Assembly (NCBI GenBank): GCA_002415855.1
Contig: DIAS01000040.1
Span: 32,114-96,113, forward strand
Source: Bacteroidales bacterium UBA5072
Lineage (GTDB): Bacteria > Bacteroidota > Bacteroidia > Bacteroidales > UBA10428
Reading direction: 5' to 3'
DNA length: 64,000 nucleotides
Shown here: positions 59,193 through 64,000 of the stretch, piece after piece
Layout of the letters: every line of letters begins with the position of its first letter
Position numbering within the stretch: position 1 is the first letter of the stretch
Notes under the pieces: generated by a model
The model's input: the letters and a program-made list of their open reading frames with translations, nothing else
Database searches by the model: none
Told to the model about the DNA's origin: nothing
Translations under genes and position numbers: made by a program

Positions 59193-59579
59193 ATGAAAAC
59201 TTTGGTTTTATTAATTTCTGTCGGTCTGATCCTTTTAACCGCAGCAAGCTGTTATTACGACAGTGAGGAATATTTGTATCCGCAGCTGGGTAACGAGTGT
59301 GATACCACCAACATTACTTTTACGCATTCCGTAACGCCAATCCTGCAGAATTCCTGCTATGGTTGTCACAGCAATGCCACTTCGGCCATGGGTGGTGGAA
59401 TCAAACTCCAGGACTATGCTGATGTAAAGGTCAAGGCTGATGACGGAAGCCTGATTGGCACCATCACTCATGCCGGGGGCTACTCACCGATGCCTATGGG
59501 AGCTGATCAGCTTCCCGAGTGCAAAATAACGATCATCCAAAAATGGGTGGATGCCGGTGCCCCTGACAACAAAAAATAA
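59193..59579 (+). CDS. PSCyt1-like c-type cytochrome-like lipoprotein with canonical CXXCH
   Basis: Signal plus AASC. VTPILQNSCYGCHS (CXXCH), SPMPMG, and ITIIQKWVDAGAP. It is a paralog of the upstream gene. Confidence 0.6.
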   Translation: MKTLVLLISVGLILLTAASCYYDSEEYLYPQLGNECDTTNITFTHSVTPILQNSCYGCHSNATSAMGGGIKLQDYADVKVKADDGSLIGTITHAGGYSPMPMGADQLPECKITIIQKWVDAGAPDNKK

Positions 59580-59585
59580 AAACTT

Positions 59586-60473
59586 ATGAGAACCAGCGGA
59601 ATTTACCTGTTTATTGGCCTGTTGGTGTTTGCTCCGTTACCCGGACTGGATGCCCAGGATATTGACCAACTGCTTCAGGAGGCTACCGGAAATACGACTG
59701 AATATGCAACAGCAACCTTCAAATCAACCCGGATCCTCAACGGCCATTCCATTGAGCGCATGCAAAGCGGTCAGCTTGATGTAAGGTTCCACCACCGGTT
59801 TGGACAGATCAACTCCGGGGCTTACGATCTTTGGGGACTGGACCAGGCAAACACACATTTTGGGTTTGAATACGGGATAACCGACTGGGTAATGGCGGGC
59901 ATTGGACGTGGAACCTATGAAAAAACCTACGACGGCTTCCTTAAATTCTCCCTACTCCGTCAATCCAAAGGAGAAAGAAACATGCCCGTATCACTGTCCT
60001 ATTTTGCCAGCCTGGCCATTAACTCGTTAAAATGGCAGGGTACCGGAACCCTTGACTTCTGGGACAGGGTGACCTATGTTCACCAATTGCTGGTTGCCAG
60101 GAAATTCAATGAAAGGTTTTCACTAGAAATAAATCCCACCTATGTTCACCGAAATATGGTTGAAACTGAATTGGATCCCAATGACGTATGGGCTTGTGGA
60201 GCAGGAGCCAGGTTCAAACTTACCAAACGTGTTTCGGTGAATGCCGAATACTACTATGTGCTACCACCCATCCATGATTACAGAAGCAGTGTAACTTACA
60301 ATCCGTTGTCTTTCGGAGTGGATATTGAAACCGGCGGACATGTCTTTACGATCGTGCTTACCAATTCCGTGGCCATGATTGAGAAAGGGTTTGTGGCTGA
60401 GACAGAAGGCAGTTGGAAAGATGGCGGAATACATCTCGGATTCAATATCTCCAGGGTTTTTGCCCTGAAATGA
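59586..60473 (+). CDS. DUF5777-like beta-barrel protein
   Basis: Signal peptide ending LDAQ. The blocks FKSTRILNGHSIE and LDVRFHHRFG and the strand pattern are as I recall for DUF5777. The family call is from memory only. Confidence 0.5.
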   Translation: MRTSGIYLFIGLLVFAPLPGLDAQDIDQLLQEATGNTTEYATATFKSTRILNGHSIERMQSGQLDVRFHHRFGQINSGAYDLWGLDQANTHFGFEYGITDWVMAGIGRGTYEKTYDGFLKFSLLRQSKGERNMPVSLSYFASLAINSLKWQGTGTLDFWDRVTYVHQLLVARKFNERFSLEINPTYVHRNMVETELDPNDVWACGAGARFKLTKRVSVNAEYYYVLPPIHDYRSSVTYNPLSFGVDIETGGHVFTIVLTNSVAMIEKGFVAETEGSWKDGGIHLGFNISRVFALK

Positions 60474-60526
60474 TCCTTTCTTAATTCTCTTTGTTATTCA
60501 ATATATTTAACATGACGGATTTGAAA

Positions 60527-61072
60527 ATGAAAACAAGAATTCTTCTGCTAGCTTTGTCGGTAGTCTTTTCGTCGGTGAATGCCCAGAAGCTGGTTTCAAA
60601 AAACAGTCATATCTGGTTTTTTTCACATACCCCCCTTGAAGATATTGAGGCGCATAACCGGCAGGCTGTCAGCGTTTTGGATCCATCCACCGGCGATCTG
60701 ATCTTCAACCTGCTGATAAAATCATTCGAGTTCAAAGTGGCGCTGATGCAGGAACATTTCAACGAGAATTACATGGAATCGGATAAATATCCCAAAGCCA
60801 TGTTTACCGGAAAGATCACCAACAATTCCGCTGTCAATTATAAGAAAGATGGCTCTTATGCTGCCCAGGTCAGCGGGGACCTTACGATGCTCAGTGTTAC
60901 CAAAGCGGTCACTACAGGGGCCACCATCGAGGTGAAAGATGGTAAGGTTACTGCCAGGGCTGAATTCAGTGTTAAACCCTCTGATTATAACATTGTTATT
61001 CCGGCCGTAGTTGAAAATAAAATTGCCAAAGAGTTGACAGTCCATGTGGATGCTGTATACACTATCCTTTAA
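60527..61072 (+). CDS. YceI family periplasmic protein
   Basis: Start moved to ATG 60527 (MKTRILLLALSVVFSSVNAQ). YceI-like blocks are HIWFFSHTPLEDIEAHN, KSFEF and GDLTMLSVTK. Confidence 0.7.
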   Translation: MKTRILLLALSVVFSSVNAQKLVSKNSHIWFFSHTPLEDIEAHNRQAVSVLDPSTGDLIFNLLIKSFEFKVALMQEHFNENYMESDKYPKAMFTGKITNNSAVNYKKDGSYAAQVSGDLTMLSVTKAVTTGATIEVKDGKVTARAEFSVKPSDYNIVIPAVVENKIAKELTVHVDAVYTIL

Positions 61073-61083
61073 CAATCAATTTT

Positions 61084-61515
61084 ATGAAAGCTAAATATGT
61101 GTATTTGCTGGCATTTGTCGTCATCGCCCTGGTAACAGTCCTGCTGACCTGGAAATATACTTTCAGGGCAGCGGATACAAGCGTGGCATCGCAAAAACCC
61201 GACTTTGAATTAACTGGCTCAGATCTGGTAACAGCCTATGAAAAGGATGAAAATGCGGCCAATGCCCTGTACCTCGAAAAAATACTGCTGATCTCAGGCC
61301 TTGTGGAATCAGTAACCTCGGATTCTCTTGGTTTTTCGGTATATTTAAAGGAGAAGGATGCAACAGCGGGTATAAATTGCAGCTTTGACAAAAGCGCTCT
61401 TGACACTTCCCGGATCAGGACAGGGCAACCAGCGAAGATTATGGGCATTTGTACCGGTTACCTGATGGATGTTGTGATGACTAAATGCTCATTGGAATCC
61501 CCGATGAATCAGTGA
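61084..61515 (+). CDS. membrane-anchored OB-fold protein (tRNA_anti-like family)
   Basis: N-terminal TM helix. The pattern LVTAYEKDENAANALYLEKILLISGLV matches the family's typical A-x-x-L-x-x-x-Y-x-x-N-x-x-x-A-x-x-x-Y-x-x-K layout. Confidence 0.55.
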   Translation: MKAKYVYLLAFVVIALVTVLLTWKYTFRAADTSVASQKPDFELTGSDLVTAYEKDENAANALYLEKILLISGLVESVTSDSLGFSVYLKEKDATAGINCSFDKSALDTSRIRTGQPAKIMGICTGYLMDVVMTKCSLESPMNQ

Positions 61516-61594
61516 TTTTATACAGGTAGTGCCAGAATTATTGTAACTTCGGTACGTGAAGATCGTCTTATAGTAAAACCCATTTGATAATACC

Positions 61595-64000
61595 ATGCTG
61601 AAGAACTATTTTATTACCGCCTGGCGGAACATAACCCGTGATAAATTCTACACTCTCCTTAACATCACGGGTCTTGCCATAGGACTGACTGCTACCATCT
61701 TCATTGCGCTCTATATTATTGATGAACTTACGTACGATAAATCGCACCTGAACTACAAACGGATCTACAGGCTCGAGTCGCATTTCGTCATCAACGGAAA
61801 AGACGATCTGTTCGCCGCAACCCAGATACCGCTGGCACCTACACTCAAGGATGAGTACCCCGAAATTGAGGAGTATGTGCGGATGGCTCCTACGGGTACC
61901 TTGTTCCTGAAGTTTGGCGAGCGGGAGTTCCAGGAAGACAGCATTTACTTTGCAGACTCTACGATATTCAGGGTCTTTACGCATCCGATGATAAAGGGCG
62001 ATCCGACAACCGCACTGAACAGGCCATATACCATGGTTATGACCGAATCACTGGCCCGCAAATACTTCGGTGATGATAATCCGGTGGGCCAGACTCTGAA
62101 ATCAGTTGAAGGCAATGTTTATGAAGTCACGGGGGTCATTCAGGACCTTCCCGGTAACCTTCACCTGAAATTCGACGGATTGCTGTCAGCGGCCACCTTT
62201 CGTGAGCTGGTGGGCACTGAAAGATTTAATGACCGTAGTGCGGGTTCATTCTGGAATATAGGCATATACTCCTATGTGATGTTGAAAAAAGGGGCTAGTT
62301 TTGATCCAATCCTGAAAAAATTCCCTGCTTTCTATGATAAATACATGAAATCCGTCGGGGATCAGATCAACAGCAGTTTCACCCTGATGGCCAAACCATT
62401 GGCAAGAGTGCACCACCATTCATCCGACCTCGGTTATGATCAGCCTGCGGGTAATATTAAATATGTACTGGTCTTTACCCTGGTAGCCATCCTTATTCTG
62501 GTCATCGCCTGCATCAATTACATGAATCTTGCCACTGCACGCTCTGCCAAACGTTCTAAAGAAACCGGCATGCGCAAGATTGCCGGTGCACAGCGCTCAA
62601 TGCTGATCCGGCAGTTCCTGACAGAATCGCTCGTTATCGTGGTGTTCTCAACATTGCTGGCGTTATTGCTGAGCAGGTTGTTACTCCCTGTTTTTAACGA
62701 GATTGCCAATAAGCACCTGAGTTTTTCGGTCATCTGGACACCTGCCGTTATTGGCGGTATTTTAATTCTGGCTTCCATTGTCGGTCTTCTGTCCGGAAGT
62801 TATCCGGCATTTTATCTGTCTTCATTCGATCCGGTGAATGTCATCAAAGGACAAAATGATACCCGTGGAGGCAATGGCGCCTTACGCAAGGTGCTGGTTG
62901 TGTTTCAGTTTACTGTTTCAGTAGTCATGATTACAGGAACCTTCATTATTGGATCGCAGTTCCGCTATATGCAAAATACGGATCTGGGATTCGACAAGGA
63001 TAACCTTGTGGTTATGGAAATGCGGGATACAACTTTCAAAAAGAGCCTGGAGCCCTTTAAACAGGAACTGCTTAAAAATCCCGACATCAGAGGGGTTGCC
63101 TTTTCCTCCGGGAATCCCGGATACGGTATGAGTATACAGGTAATGCGCATTGAGGGTGATAGCGGATCGCTTGTCGACAGGGCAATTAACAACTTCTATG
63201 CTGACTATGATTACCTTGGCCTCATGGGGATGAAGATCGTGGAGGGAAGGAATTACGACAGGAACATGAAATCGGACATTGAAAAGGCTTTTGTCATCAA
63301 TGAAACAGCCGCACGGAAATTTGGCTGGGTCGATACGACCAGCATGGCCAAGGGCAACTATGCAAGCGCCCTTGGCAAACGTTTTCAGAATGGCGTTGAT
63401 GTGCCGGGTAATCAGGTGCGTGACGGACAGATCATCGGCATTGTCAAGGATTTCCATTATGCGTCCCTGCGCAATCCAATAGAGCCTCTGGTAATACAGC
63501 TGAATGACCAGGACCGGTTCCATTTTTTTGCCAATATCCGGATTAACGGTAAAAACAGGCAGAAGACAATTGAATACATTGACAAGATCAGGCAGGACTT
63601 CAATGACCAGTATCCTTTCCAGTACAAGTTCCTTGATGAAAACCTCAATGACTTTTACCAGGCTGAGAAGCGGATCAGCATGCTGACCCAGACTTTTGCA
63701 GTACTTACCATTATAATTGCTGCGCTGGGGTTACTCGGACTTTCTTCCTTCCTGACCCAGACCCGCACAAGGGAAATTGGGATCCGCAAAATTTCAGGGG
63801 CCTCGGCCAACCATATTGTCATGATGTTTACAAGGGAATTTTCTGTCTGGATACTCGTGGCCAATATCATTGCTGCCCCGGTTGCCCTGTATGTACTGAA
63901 CAAATGGTTACAGTCATTCCCCTACAAAACAGATATCCACATGTGGATATTTGTTGCAGGACTCATGATATCCTTGTTCGTGGCGCTCCTGACCGTTAGC
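61595..64000 (+). CDS. FtsX-family ABC transporter permease (MacB-like, double FtsX), 3' end outside window
   Basis: Not in the ORF track because no stop occurs before the window end. My hand translation from ATG 61595 is open for all 802 codons. N-terminus MLKNYFITAWRNITRDKFYTLLNITGLAIGL. Two FtsX modules follow (INYMNLATARSAKRSKETGMRKIAGA..., ...RTREIGIRKISGAS). Confidence 0.85.
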   Translation, partial: MLKNYFITAWRNITRDKFYTLLNITGLAIGLTATIFIALYIIDELTYDKSHLNYKRIYRLESHFVINGKDDLFAATQIPLAPTLKDEYPEIEEYVRMAPTGTLFLKFGEREFQEDSIYFADSTIFRVFTHPMIKGDPTTALNRPYTMVMTESLARKYFGDDNPVGQTLKSVEGNVYEVTGVIQDLPGNLHLKFDGLLSAATFRELVGTERFNDRSAGSFWNIGIYSYVMLKKGASFDPILKKFPAFYDKYMKSVGDQINSSFTLMAKPLARVHHHSSDLGYDQPAGNIKYVLVFTLVAILILVIACINYMNLATARSAKRSKETGMRKIAGAQRSMLIRQFLTESLVIVVFSTLLALLLSRLLLPVFNEIANKHLSFSVIWTPAVIGGILILASIVGLLSGSYPAFYLSSFDPVNVIKGQNDTRGGNGALRKVLVVFQFTVSVVMITGTFIIGSQFRYMQNTDLGFDKDNLVVMEMRDTTFKKSLEPFKQELLKNPDIRGVAFSSGNPGYGMSIQVMRIEGDSGSLVDRAINNFYADYDYLGLMGMKIVEGRNYDRNMKSDIEKAFVINETAARKFGWVDTTSMAKGNYASALGKRFQNGVDVPGNQVRDGQIIGIVKDFHYASLRNPIEPLVIQLNDQDRFHFFANIRINGKNRQKTIEYIDKIRQDFNDQYPFQYKFLDENLNDFYQAEKRISMLTQTFAVLTIIIAALGLLGLSSFLTQTRTREIGIRKISGASANHIVMMFTREFSVWILVANIIAAPVALYVLNKWLQSFPYKTDIHMWIFVAGLMISLFVALLTVS

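Noticed and set aside
61568-63903. Minus-strand ORFs listed in the track (61568-61984, 62518-62778, 62918-63523, 63457-63648, 63655-63903) as the only long ORFs in the last 2.4 kb.
   Set aside because: They are antisense shadows of an open-ended plus-strand FtsX permease gene (61595 to the window end) that the track cannot list because it has no stop. The plus-strand translation has clear family motifs and the minus-strand products have none.

Overview
Calls rest on motif and architecture recognition by eye; no similarity search, HMM scan or structure prediction was run. The window is a densely coding chromosomal segment that looks like an anaerobic member of the Bacteroidota. Supporting signs are many lipobox and signal-anchor proteins, TAnnTTTG-type -7 promoter boxes, near absence of Shine-Dalgarno sites, an RRM-type RNA-binding protein, roughly 800-aa FtsX permeases and periplasmic glycoside hydrolases.

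I support about 58 protein genes. I saw no rRNA, tRNA, CRISPR array, transposase, integrase or prophage.

Main blocks, in order:
- purF (cut by the 5' window edge), an orphan receiver protein, a YihY membrane protein, a PfkB kinase and an S9 peptidase.
- A tetR-tolC-MFP-RND efflux operon.
- A DMT transporter, an exported Fe/Mn superoxide dismutase and an M16 peptidase.
- A PIG-L deacetylase and rhaT.
- A minus-strand operon of three membrane-anchored hydrolases (EEP, Ntn acylase, MBL) plus a HAD phosphatase.
- Envelope proteins and hisS.
- A GH2 / GH109-like / GH51 trio.
- ppgK, recR, a sodium:solute symporter and an M3 peptidase.
- A hydrogen-metabolism island: hypE-hypA-hypB, a six-gene DRTGG / GHKL-ATPase / HydA-like / PHP module, and a four-subunit NuoEF-type [FeFe]-hydrogenase.
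- Two tiny tandem lipoproteins and gap.
- An envelope cluster: two PSCyt1-like lipoproteins, a DUF5777-like barrel, YceI, an OB-fold protein and an FtsX permease that runs off the 3' edge and is missing from the ORF track.

The best candidate for an undescribed system is the six-gene sensory/phospho-switch-like module wired to the [FeFe]-hydrogenase. No defence-island-like or mobile system was found.
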